A model generated the notes under the pieces. The model was not told where the DNA came from and searched no databases. It was given only the letters and a program-made list of their open reading frames with translations. A stretch of 61,925 nt of DNA from Chiloscyllium plagiosum. Lineage: Eukaryota. The stretch lies in contig NC_057728.1 in NCBI RefSeq assembly GCF_004010195.1, positions 53,927,237-53,989,161 of the forward strand. Reading direction: 5' to 3'. This document shows positions 46,596 to 58,297 of this stretch, one piece after another; the first letter of the stretch is position 1, and every line of letters starts with the position of its first letter. The translations under genes and the position numbers were made by a program.

Positions 46596-47794
46596 ACTGC
46601 CCAATGATGTGGTGGAATTGAACCTGGAGGCCTGGTACTGTGAAGGCAGCAATGCCAACCACTGAGCCACCTTGCCACCCAATATAGAAAAAAAAGTGGG
46701 GAAGCACAATGGACTTAATCGTATCTGCCCTGTATTAAGGAGGGTGTATTTTGCCAGAAGTGTAATATATGGAGAAGATTATTGAATGATACACTGCTTG
46801 GTTTTATTGCCTGCTGCTATTCATTGCACATGATCATGCATTAGAAATGGTTATGCGTATAAGGCATTTGGGACTCAGCTTTACTTCTGAAGTCAGTATA
46901 ATTCATAATTTTATAGTTTGGGAAGAGGAGAATGAATGGAGTGAGTTGTACAAACTTGAACTCCAATTACCTCTACACCATACAGATATCATAACCATAA
47001 TTACATCACATGACTTAACGGAACTAATTGTTTCTAAGACATTAGAACATTTCAAAGTAAAATTATTAACAATTTATTGCACAAAATATAGCACGGTATA
47101 AAAATATCTTAAGTAATCTCCATTATAAAAATGATACCATGAGTTGTGTTAACTTAAAAAAAAATCAAACCCTAACATGCTGAATCATAATTTAAGGCTG
47201 AAGATAATCATACAACGAATCAAAATATACCTCAGTTGATAATGTAAATTGCTGAGTTTAGATCTGAAGTAAAGTCAAAGGAATGGTTTACGCAATAATT
47301 TTCCATTGGTGAAAGCTCAATAGTTTTATTTTCCTCACGTGCAGCAGTTTAAGTCATGATGGAGGTTTGATAAGTGAGACAATAAATCCTTTGTTTTTAT
47401 TTGGTGTGCAGAACTTTCACCTGCTCCATGCCACAGTTACTGAGTAACATGCAAAAGATCCAATTTCACCAAAATAGTGTACAGTGTTCTTGCGAATTTC
47501 TGTATCCACATCTGGCCCTACAATCCTCCAAGACACCCGCACTCCTCCAATTCTGCCCTGGGACACATTCCAGTATCCTTCACCAAGCACAGTGCTTTCA
47601 CCTGCTTTGACCATAAGCTCGGGAACTCCCTTCCCAAACCCATCTGCCTAATTTCTATCCTTTAAAATGCCCCTTAAAACATATTTCTTTTTGGATCGGA
47701 TGTTCTAATAGCTCCTATGTGATGGATTGTCAAATTTTGCCCAATAATACTGTGGTGAAGTGCCTTGGATTGATTCACGCATTAAAGGCATTAC

Positions 47795-48764
47795 TGTTAT
47801 GAAGATGTGGGTGTATTGTAAGAGAGTAAAATAGAGAGTTAAAAGCAAGAGAACTACCTGACAGCACCAAGTGTTCTGAAAAGGATTTAATGTAACCTTC
47901 TGGTCCAGGGTAGCTGGTTACGTGGAGACAAAACAGATTTGAATTAGGCCAAACAGTTTAAATTATACCCAAAAAAAAAACAAACTTCAATCCAGTTTGA
48001 ATTTAGTATATTGATAATCTTAAAAGCTAATGACACAATCTGATGCTTTGGGGGTATAGGACTGAGGAAAATTGAACAGTTGAGAGGAGAACTGCCAAAC
48101 CACCAGCATGTAAAGACTGCCCAAAAATAGGTCTCTTATCGATCCTGTAAAGGTACCTGTGAAGCAGAATCCCCAAGAAGAAGAAAAGAAGACAGGAATA
48201 CAGAGAATAACTGAAAGCTACCTTGTTTTGAGATAAGAAGTTTGTTTTGTAAACCTTAATTGGGATTTTAATCGGACCAGGACCTGCCTGACCTGCTGCA
48301 CTTTTCCAGCTCCTTGGATGCTGCCTGACCTGCTGCGCTTTTCCAGCAACACATTTTCAGATTTTAATCGGACCAGTATTGGGGACAGTAAAAGATAGGT
48401 TAGAGGAAGGAGTTGTAAATACTTGTTAGTTAATTACTCTCTGTTATACTTTAAAAAATAAAGTTGTTAATTTTTACGTTAAATAGTTCTTGGCCTCTCG
48501 AACTTTCACAGATTACTGCGTAAATCGTTTTTGTGTTGCTGGTTTAAATTAGATTAGATTAGATTAGATTACTTACAGTGTGGAAACAGGCCCTTCGGCC
48601 CAACATGTCCACACCGCCCCGCCGAAGCGCAACCCACCCATACCCCTACATTTACCACTTACCTAACACTACGGGCAATTTAGCATGGCCAATTCACCTG
48701 ACCTGCACATCTTTGGAGATGTGGGAGGAAACCGGAGCAGGAGGGTTTACCCTATGACATAACA
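47795..48764 (+). mobile_element. Solo LTR with nested PLE fragment and HE1 SINE
   Basis: Inverted termini TGTTATG...CATAACA; 4-bp flanks ttac/tgac; aataaa at ~48457; removing it restores a taaaggcattacacaaatgcag SINE/L2-like tail. Confidence 0.75.
48549..48737 (-). mobile_element. HE1 SINE 3' half
   Basis: (ttaga)n tail; near-identical to 19234-19400. Confidence 0.9.
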
Positions 48765-49503
48765 TGACACAAATGCAGATTGTGGCTGTCAGTTTCAGGC
48801 TACTCACTGCCAGTAGAGGCAGACGGAAACGTCTGGAAAGAGTAGAAAGGTCACATGTAATCTCTTCAAACTCTTTGTCTACAACACCTTACAGTCGCAG
48901 CTTAAAAGCAGCAACAATATTATTACACCTTTTTTTTACAAAAGGAATTCAATGGAATGGAGCTACTGGGAAGGGCCAGCATTTATTGCCCATCTCTAAT
49001 TGCCACTTCAGAAAATAATTAGGAGTCAACTAGGTGGCTGTGGGTTTGGACTCACAAGTAGGCCAGATAGGGTAAGGACAGTAGATGTCTTTTGGTCTCA
49101 TTCATGAACCAAATGGGATTTTATTTTAATAACAATCAATGATAGCTGCCTTGGTATTAATCACTGAGAGTAATTTTATATTGTAGATTTGTTAATTGAA
49201 TTTAAATTGCACCAGCTGCTGTGCTGGGACTTGAACTCATGACCTCAAAGCACTGACATGGGTCTCTGGATTCCATCAGAGAGAGAGAGATGACTTCACT
49301 GCAAGAATGTGAAACGTGTTTTGCACCGCAGATGTGAATTCAAGAAGGTAAACAGAAACAGTGGGGTGTTGTGCATAGTTTTGGTCCCCTTATTTGAGGA
49401 AAGATGTAGTGGCATTGGAGGCAATTCAGCGGGGATTCACTAGAATGATCCCAGGGATAAGGGGTTTGTTGTGGTTCTGTTCGCCGAGCTGGGAATTTGT
49501 GTT

Positions 49504-49543
49504 GCAGACGTTTCGTCTCCTGTCTAGGTGACATCCTCAGTGC
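49504..49543 (-). ncRNA. Minimal type I hammerhead ribozyme
   Basis: GCA-CUGAGGA-U-GUCACCU-AGAC-AGGAGAC-GAAA-CG-UC-UGC; stems I and II pair. Confidence 0.7.
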
Positions 49544-50349
49544 TTGGGAGCCTCCTGTGAAGCGCTTCTTGATCTTTCCTCCGGCATTTGTAGTGGTTTG
49601 AATCTGTCACTTCCGGTTGTCAGTTCCAGCTGTCCGTTGCGGTGGCTGGTATATTGGGTCCAGGTCGATGTGCTTATTGATTGAATCTGTGGATGAGTGC
49701 TATGCCTCTAGGAATTCTCTGGCTGTTGTCTGTTTGGCTTGTCCTATAATAATAGTGTTGTCCCAGTCGAACTCAGTCGACAATGGAATGAGGACATGCC
49801 ACAACCCAAAGGACTAGCCACACTACCATACATCAAGAGCATTTCCGAACTGACACCAGACTACTGCGACCACTAGGATTCATAACAGCACACAAACCAA
49901 CAGCCACTCTCACACAATAACTCACCAGAATGAAGGACCCGATACCCAGCATGAGCAAAACCATTGTAGTGTACAAAATCCCATGCAAGGACTGCACAAA
50001 ACACTACATAGGACAATCAGGAAGACAGCTAATGATCCGCATCCATGAACACCAACTAGCCACGAAACGACACGACCAGCTATCCTTAGCAGCCACGCAC
50101 GCAGATGACAAGCAACATGAGTTCGACTGGGACAACACTACTATTATAGGACAAGCCAAACAGAGAACAGCCAGGGAATTCCTAGAGGCATGGCACTCAT
50201 CCACAGATTCAATCAATAAGCACATCGACCTGGACCCAATATACCGACCAATATGCGGACAGCTGGAACTGACAACCGGAAGCGGCAGATACAAATCACT
50301 ATAAATGCCGGAGGAAAGTTCACAGAAGCGCTTCACAGGAGGCTCCCAA

Positions 50350-50389
50350 GCACTGAGGATGTCACCTAGACAGGGGACGAAACGTCAGC
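50350..50389 (+). ncRNA. Minimal type I hammerhead ribozyme
   Basis: GCA-CUGAGGA-U-GUCACCU-AGAC-AGGGGAC-GAAA-CG-UC-AGC; first stem I pair mismatched. Confidence 0.6.
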
Positions 50390-52013
50390 AACACAAATTC
50401 CCAGCTCGGCGAACAGAACCACACAACAAGCACCCGAGCTACAAATCTTTTCACAAACTTTGGATGAGGGGTTTGTCATATGAAGAGAGATTGAACCGTT
50501 AAGGCCTATGCTCTCTGGAATTTAAAAGAATGAGGGAAGATCAAATTGAGGTATTCAAGATGATAAAATAGATGTGGATAAAAGGGACGTGGAACAGATG
50601 TTTCATTTTGTAGGGCATCCTAGGATGAGAGGTCAAAGTCCAAAGGGGTAGCAAATTTAAAACAGAGTTGAAGAGAAATTACTTCTCCCAAAGGGCGTGA
50701 ATCTGTGGAATTCGGTACCCCTCGATGTGGTGGTTGCTGGGACAGCGTGTAAATTTAAGAAGGTGTTAGACAGATGTTTTAATTGGTAATGTGTTGAAAG
50801 AATATGGGGAGAAGGCAGGAAAATGTGGGTGTGAGAATATCAGCCATGATCAAATGGAGGAGCAGACTTGATGGGCCAAATGGCCTAATTCTGCTCCTAT
50901 ACCTTGTGAACTTATGAACTTTTAATGTGCACAGCTATGGGGAAAAGGGAGGAGAATGACACTAAGATGCTCAATTGGAGAGTTGGCACAGACACATTAG
51001 ACTAAATGGTCTCCTTCTGTCCGTAACTGTTTATCAAATCATTGAGTTCTGAATGAAGAGGACTTCAGTGAATTTTGAAATGGTACACGAGAGTCCAATG
51101 TGGGACCTGTCCATGACACTACAATCAGCATTAAATACCCCAAGATATGAGCAATCTTTAACCAACTCACCCATTGAGCAACTGAGCAAATTGTGTGGCA
51201 AAACCCAATCCCATGGGTTTCAGGATTTGATTAAAATGATCCCTAATATATTTGGGATTCAGACATAAGCCAGAGAACGAATTAAACTCAGAAAAAAGTC
51301 AAAATAGGTCTTGTAAACAAATGTTAGATATGACCTGAATTGTAGCATTCAAATGCCAGTAAAGAAACACCTTCTTCCAGCATCGTTAATTAAATAGATA
51401 AAGCTATTTTGGTCTCTTGAAAATTTTTTCTGCAGTTATTAAATCAGATTGAATGCTTGTTAGGGCCTGATTTAAATGTTGTTCTGTCATTGATGGTTTG
51501 CAATAATTACCCTCTGTTTTGTGTCTCTATTTGCTGTGTACAGAATGGTACTACTGTGTTTTATCCTTTTTAAAATTATTTTAACAGGATGACAGTGTCA
51601 CTGGCCAGGCAGCATTTATTGCCTGTCCCTAATTGCCCAGGGGGCAGTTAAGAGTTAACCACTTTGTTGTGGGTCTGGAGTCACATGTAGGCCAGACCAG
51701 GTAAGGATGGCAGTTTCCTTCCCTAAAGGATGTTAGCCAATAGGCCGAATAGCCTATTCCTGAACATTTGTTTTATCTTCTTATGACCACAGCAGTGAGG
51801 TTGATGGTTCACTGCCCATCGAAATAGCAATATTGTGTTTAGGAAGACAGCTCACCAGCACCTTTTCAAGGGCAATTAGGAAGGGGTAGCAATAAATGTT
51901 GGACTCACCAGTGACACTGCCATCCCACGATTGAATAATTATCTTAAAACAGATCAAAGACAATCCATATTATGGAGATAGGGTGGGATCATTTCAGTCA
52001 TGAGAGCCTCCAT

Positions 52014-52069
52014 TCAAGGGTCAAAGGGTCTGATCAAGGGTCAAAGAGTATGATCAAGGGTCAAAGAGT
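52014..52069. repeat. 20-bp tandem repeat, ~2.8 copies
   Basis: tcaagggtcaaagggtctga / tcaagggtcaaagagtatga / tcaagggtcaaagagt. Confidence 0.9.
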
Positions 52070-53134
52070 TCTTCAGGATGAGACATTCCATTATGGGTCA
52101 GCAATTAGTGCTCCAAGTGAGGTGACAGTAACTGATCCTGCCAGAACACCCACTATTGTGTGATCATGTCAGTGGAATTTGTTAACCCTCTACAGCTAAA
52201 CAGCTACCATTCAGGCTGAAGAAAAAAACCAAAGAACTGCAAATGTTGGAAATCTGAAACAAAAGCAAAAATAGCTGGGAACAAACTCAGCAGATGTGGC
52301 AGGAAGTGTGGAGAGAAAGCAGTTAACATTTCAGGTTGCAAGACAATTCTGTCTGACACAGTCTAATTTGGAGTAACAGCAACACCGGCTATTCACTTCA
52401 ACAGGGACAATAAGTAGTTGCACTGGCTGGTGGTATTTACTGGTCCCACCAGTGGAACTTTCAACTGCAGCCCTTTCGAAGAAAGCTTTGCTGTGCAGAG
52501 CAGTGAGCACCAGAGGCTGCTAATGTCATTTTATTTTCCACAAGTTCGCCCGACTGCAAACATATGTCCCAGGGCAAGGGAACAAAAGGGCAAAAGTATG
52601 TTTTCTGACTTATGAGTGAGCTGTCTTTGTACAGCGTGCTAGAGATTGGCAAATAAAAGCGGCTGGTCAATTTTTTTTCCTTGCTGGTTTTGTCATTAAT
52701 GTTGCTGAGGTCAGTAAGGGCCCTTACTCTGCGTGAACAGGGTGGCGGGGTCACCACGGCGACAGGAAACAGGAGCCAGGTTTGTTTATGGGTCAGAAGC
52801 AGCCCCCCTTCCCCCCCACCAACCCCGGGAGTCTATTTAAACATAAGGTTTTCACACAGGCAAATTGCCAGTTGGCATTGGGGCCAAGCTCCCTATTTAA
52901 TCAACAGAGCTGCCAGGTTTTTGAAGACAAGGAATCAGTCAGCAGCACTAGGAAGCAGCTCTATAGAGGCTAGTCTGAGTCCTGTCCCCATACGCCATAC
53001 AGGCAATGAGGGCCTGTTGACCTATCTGAAGGAGAACAGTGCTGCCCACCGACTAGCACATTCCAAGGTCCAAGACAACGTGCTGAGGGGCACACTAAAG
53101 CTTCAGGTAGCTGCTGTCAAGGCACAGATGAGCT

Positions 53135-53330
53135 GGCAGTGGAACTGGTGGAGGCTGGTACAATCACAATATTTAAAAGGCACCCGTGTCGGTACATGAA
53201 TAGAAAGGGTTTAAAGGGATATGGGCCAGGTCCTGGCAAATGGGACTAGATTAACTTAGGATATCTGGTTGGCATGGATGAGTTGGACCGAAGGGTCTGT
53301 TTTCGTGCTGTACATCTCTGTGACTCTATG
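53135..53330 (+). mobile_element. CR1 3' tail
   Basis: ggtggaggctggtacaat...ggcatggatgagttggaccgaagggtctgtt...gactctatgac. Confidence 0.85.
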
Positions 53331-54007
53331 ACCACTGTTTGAGGTTTTTCTGCTAAGGTTAAAAGGAGGTCCGTTCAGTTATCAGACCCTCCTGGTGCCT
53401 CAAATGTGTGTAAATATAGACTGGTTCAAGAAAGTGATGCCATTTGGTTTGATTAGACAGAGTCAGATTAGACAGTTTGTTTGTGTCCTTGATATGCTAC
53501 TGTACAGAACCAAACTGTGTTCTGTATATGTATATGTAGAGATAATTTTTATGAATAAAGTGTATTTTTGAAATAAAAAAACACAAGGCTATCCACCTCC
53601 AAGTGGTTAATCCATCTCCAGTTGCGATAGGAAACTGGAGACTGGCAGGAAAATCCCAGTCAGCTCTTAATTTCTCAAAACTCTTCATGACCCTGCTTAT
53701 CTGTCTTACCTAAGGTGATTTGGTGACCCTCTCAGGCTTGAAACTCTTCTTGCCCACTTCTCCTCAAAATGGTTGGCACCAGAGACTGATACCCTGTATA
53801 GGCACACTGACTCCTGCCCCTCCAGTGCCAGTATTTCCGTGCATTTGGTTCCAACTTTGGGTCCAAAAATCCCAGTTCACAGGATTCTAAAAGATAGACT
53901 TCAAAGAGATAAATCATTCGTAGCTGTGGATTGTTGGATGGCAGAGATTCCTGTTCACCCATGGCACATGACGGATCTGACCCGCCATCTTGTTTTCCTT
54001 CATTTTT

Positions 54008-54323
54008 TTAGATTAGATTAGATTACTTACAATGTGGAAACAGGCCCCTCAGCCCAACAAGTCCGCACCGATCCGCAACCCATCCAGACCCATTCCCCTA
54101 CATTTACCCCTTCACCTCACACTATGGGAAATTTAGCGTGGCCAATTCACCTAACCTGCACGTCTTTGGACTGTGGGAGGAAACCGGAGCACCCGGAGGA
54201 AACCCACGCAGACAGGGGGCGAATGTGCAAACTCCACACAGTCGGTCACCTGAGGCAGGAATTGAACCCGGGCCCCTGGTGCTGTGAGGCAGCAGTGCTA
54301 ACCACTGTGCCATCGTGCCGCCC
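54008..54323 (-). mobile_element. HE1 SINE, full length
   Basis: (ttaga)n tail through gcagcagtgctaaccactgtgccatcgtgccgccc. Confidence 0.92.
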
Positions 54324-54411
54324 ATTTTATGGACAGAAAATTGTGCCACCAACTACCAAATATCCAGTGTGGTCAGAAAGCATGGATTCCTGCTGCTGGC
54401 CATTAGCAGAT

Positions 54412-54845
54412 TCAGGGGAGGCACTGGTACAGAGGTAATGTCATGGGCTAGTAAATTCTGAAGGCTCAGTTTAATGTTCTGAGTCCATGGGTTCAAATCC
54501 CAGCATGACAGATGATGAAATTTGAATCTAACAAAAAATCTGTAATTAAAAGTTAGCATGATAGTGACCATATAACCTTGGTCAATGAACATAAAAGCCA
54601 ATCTCATTCACTAATGCCCTTTAATGAAGGAAATTTGCCACCCTTACTGGTCTGGCCTACCTGGGACTGCAGATCCGCAGCAAAATGATTGACTCTTTAA
54701 TAAACAAACCCTCTAAGTTGTGCAGCTATGAGCACATGACCACTGCAAGGTTCCACTCATGGTGATTGATGTTGACACTGTCCACTGGGTAATTCGGAAT
54801 GGGCAATAAATATTAGCCTGGCCAATAGTGTCTTCATGAATTAAA
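54412..54845 (+). mobile_element. tRNA SINE, second family
   Basis: catgggttcaaatccc...gaaatttgaat...ctggtctggcctac...gggcaataaat. Confidence 0.75.
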
Positions 54846-55254
54846 TATAGAAATGTTGCTCAACCGAAACTCCAGTCAGGAATGTGATGGGACATTTGCC
54901 ATTCTCAAGCATGGCTCCGTCAATAACATGCCAGGCCCTGATCCAGGAAACTGTGGTTTTATGTCTCAAGCCAGAGATCAGAGCACAGAAACTAGACTGA
55001 CACTCCTGGGCAGTACTGAGGGAGTCTGCACTGTAGGAGGCGCTGACTTCCTTCGGGTGAGATGGTAAACTGAATAGCTGCCCGCTCTTTTGAGGTGATA
55101 CTAAAGTTTCTGTGGCACTGTTAAGACGTTAGAAAGTGCAAAACCGTTCTGCCTTCTGTCCGAGCCCAATATTTATCCCTTAACTGATGTCCCAACTTAA
55201 ATCAGAGGCCCTGAGATTTCATGAAAAGCAAGGTACAAATGCAAATAGTCTTGA

Positions 55255-55518
55255 AAAACTGAAAGAACTGCGGATGCTGTAAATCAGAAACAAAAACAGA
55301 AATTGCTGGAAAAACCAGCAGGTCTGGCAGCTTCTGTGAAGAGAAATCAGAGTTAATATTCCGGGTGTGGTGACCCTTCCTCAGAACTCCTCAGAGGTTC
55401 TGAGGAATTCACTGGACACGAAACATTAACTCTGTTTTTCTCTCTCCAAAGATGTTGCCAGACCTGTTGAGTTTTTCCAACGCTTTCAGATTTCCAGCAT
55501 CCACAATACCTTGCTTTT
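55255..55518. mobile_element. PLE family C fold-back pair with degenerate hammerheads
   Basis: cagcaggtctggcagc...agagttaatattccgg...cctcagaac is inverted against gttctgagga...gaaacattaactctg...gccagacctgttg. Confidence 0.75.
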
Positions 55519-55699
55519 ACTAACAACAGGATTTATGTGCAGTATTACACACACATGTATATCACCTATTTTGAGGGATTAGAAAGGACATCGCAAAATC
55601 GCATTGAGTTGGCAAAACGTCACGACCTTGGGATTGGTTAGAAATGAAATAGCTTTTGTCACTGAAATGGGAGAGAATAAGAAAATCTTTTAAAAAGTA

Positions 55700-56215
55700 C
55701 ATTTAGTGATAAGGCAAAAGACAGGAGATATTCAATGACAGAAGTGTCGATGGGGCAAAGCCAAAGGGAGGGCTCACAAGACAGTAAAGGAACAAAAGAT
55801 GCATCGAGAGGAGGTGCAAATGGCAGGATTATGAGCTGCCGTGTCCGAAAGTGAAATCAAGTGAAACAAGATTAAGACTGACAGACAAAGACAAGAAAAC
55901 AGAATGTGGGAACTAGGGCAAATCAGTGAACTCAGTGCTGAGTTTGGAAAGTTATGAGGTGTATCATGAAACAGTGAGATGCTGCTCCTTGAGTTTGCAT
56001 TGAGTTTCTTCAGACAGTAGACCCAGGGCAGAGATGTCAGCCTGAGAATAAGACAGAGAATTAATATGGCAATGCTAGATCCTTGACTCTGCACCATCAA
56101 TCCTTCTGTCATTTAATGTCTCCCAGCTTCCATCCTAGCACAGACCTTCCCCTTGCCCCGATAAAAGCTACAACATTTCTATCTTCCCCCATTTCTGATC
56201 AAAGATCACAATCTC
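55700..56215 (-). mobile_element. Degraded PLE 3' fragment
   Basis: Minus strand near 55950-56075 reads CHINSLSYSQADISALGL, resembling the PLE endonuclease C-terminus at 3962 and 28680. Confidence 0.5.
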
Positions 56216-57021
56216 CAGGTTTAATGCCAAGTATTTACAGTATCATCTACGTTTATTTCTGAAGTACAGCAGCCACAGCAATTTTCTCTCAGTCTTGAAA
56301 TTAGCATCACTGTAGACAGGAAGGAATTGGAACGTTTTCCTTTTAGAGCTGTGCGCACACACATACCAGGTTATACATCGAGGGAACACATACCAGAGAA
56401 TTATGTACATCTGTGAATTTCTTACCGGTTTGAAAATAGTTACTGGCTTGCTGGCAATGTTCTGATACACAGTTCCAGAGGAGAGAGTGTTTGCAGCAAA
56501 CATTCTTACAGTTTATCCCCTGGTTTATTTTCTTCCGTTCCTGTCTCAGCTTAGAACAGGTTTAATTAATGCCAACAACAGCTGAACTGAAGTGTGGGCA
56601 ACCCCAGAATTCACATTCCTATCTACCCACCCAGGTGGTCAGACATCCGCTGGCTGCTCAATATGCCTGTAATTGAATTACTGTTTTATTTTTGATTTAC
56701 GGTGAGATTTGTATAAGAAATGCCCAGTTGGGCATCTGACCAATAAGTATCGTTCAAATTCTAATAAGTTTAAAAGCTCTCATTTAATTAATATCTAATC
56801 CTATTTCGTCGTATACCAAGTCCAAGATTCAGCATTTATATAAGCTTACTAACAGGAGAATGGCCAAAGAGTGAAATTTGGAGAAATTTATTTAAAGAAA
56901 CTTTATCATCCAGGCACAAGATGGGGCCACTCAGCCTCTTCAACCTATTCCTATACTCAACAAGATTATAAATCCATAAATAGGAGCTGAAATATGTCAT
57001 TTGGCCCATCAATAAGCTCAT

Positions 57022-57282
57022 GATTAGATTACCTACAGTATGTGAACAGGCCCTTCAGCCCAACAAGTCCACACTGACCATCTGAACAGTAACCCACCAG
57101 GCCCATTCCCCTACCCTATATTTACCCTTGACTTGGAAATTTAATATGACCAATTGCACCTAGAGGAAACTCACGCAGACAATATGCAAACTCCACACTG
57201 ACAGTTGCCCAAGGCAGGGATTGAACCCAGGTTCCTGGCACTATCAGGCAGCAGTGCTAACCACTGAGCCACTGTGCCACCC
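57022..57282 (-). mobile_element. HE1 SINE (internally deleted) within CR1 3' end (56975-57640)
   Basis: gattagattacctacag...ggcagcagtgctaaccactgagccactgtgccacc; CR1 gagaagaaattcctcctcat follows. Confidence 0.8.
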
Positions 57283-58059
57283 CAGGATTGGCTTGATATA
57301 TTCAGCTCCACTTTCCAGTCTTATCCCCATAACCTTTGACTCCACTACTATTTAAAATCTGTCTACCTCAGCTTTGAGTTTAATTAATGACTCAGCCTTG
57401 ATAGCCTTCTGCAATAAGAATTGCACACATTCGCCACTCAGTTAGAGAAGAAATTCCTCCTCATTTATGTCTTAAATGAACAGTCCCTTACTCCGAGATT
57501 ATGCTGTCTGGTACTGGATTCTCCCTGAGGGAGGAACAACCTCTCTCCATCTACCCTGTCAAATCCCTTCAGAATCTTGCACACTTCAATATGGTCTCCT
57601 CTCATTCTTCCAAACCCCAATTATGGTGAACCTGCACCTGTCCTCATCATTCCAAACCCCTTGATACCCATATCCCACAAAAATCTACCAATCTCAGTCT
57701 TGAAATCTTCAATTGTTCCCCAGGGTTCCCAGTCAGGTGGGGGCAGTGAGATAAAAAGTTTCAGGACATTTTGAAATGATAAAGGTGCTCCCTCATTTAT
57801 TCATGAACAGTTTAGCATAAATTTTAAGGTTATGGGTGCAATTTTCAAGTTATAATTTAAAATGCTGCGGTCAAGCATGTAAAGTGTTGATTAACACATC
57901 ACCCCCACAGCTGATATAGTTGATCTCATTGCCCACCTTAAGAAACTAAACTGGACTAGTCATATATAAATACAGTGGCTACAAGAACAGGTCAGAGACT
58001 AGGAACCCTGCAGTGAGCAACACAGCTTCCATCATCCCAGAACCTGACATTCATCGACA

Positions 58060-58297
58060 AGTCATAGACTCATACAGCACAGAAACAGACCCTTTAGATC
58101 AACTCATCTGCGTTGACCAGACATCCAAATTTGACCCAGTTCCATTTGCCAGCATTTGGCCCATATCCCTCTAAACACTTCTTATTCATCTATCCGTGCC
58201 AATGCCTTTTAATGTTATATTTGTACCTGCCCTCACCACTTCCTTTGGCAGCTCGTTCCATACATGCACCACCCTCTCCTTGGAAATGTTATCCCTC
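58060..58297 (-). mobile_element. CR1 3' tail inserted in an L2-like fragment
   Basis: gtcatagactcatacagcacagaaacagaccc; ERVVHVWNELPKEVV on minus. Confidence 0.8.

Larger units (their letters stand above)
49470..50461 (+). mobile_element. PLE family D: GIY-YIG endonuclease 3' fragment with inverted 5' copy
   Basis: LPYIKSISEL...AHKPTATL...KDPIPSMSKTIVVYKIPCKDCTKHYIGQSGRQLMIRIHEH...REFLEAWHS; 49470-49775 is the reverse complement of ~50118-50424; 15-bp flanking duplication. Confidence 0.92.
49360..50920 (+). mobile_element. CR1 3' end split by a PLE insertion
   Basis: ttttggtccccttatttgaggaaagatgt...ccaggg before; gtcatatgaagagagattgaac...ttctgctcctata after. Confidence 0.85.
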
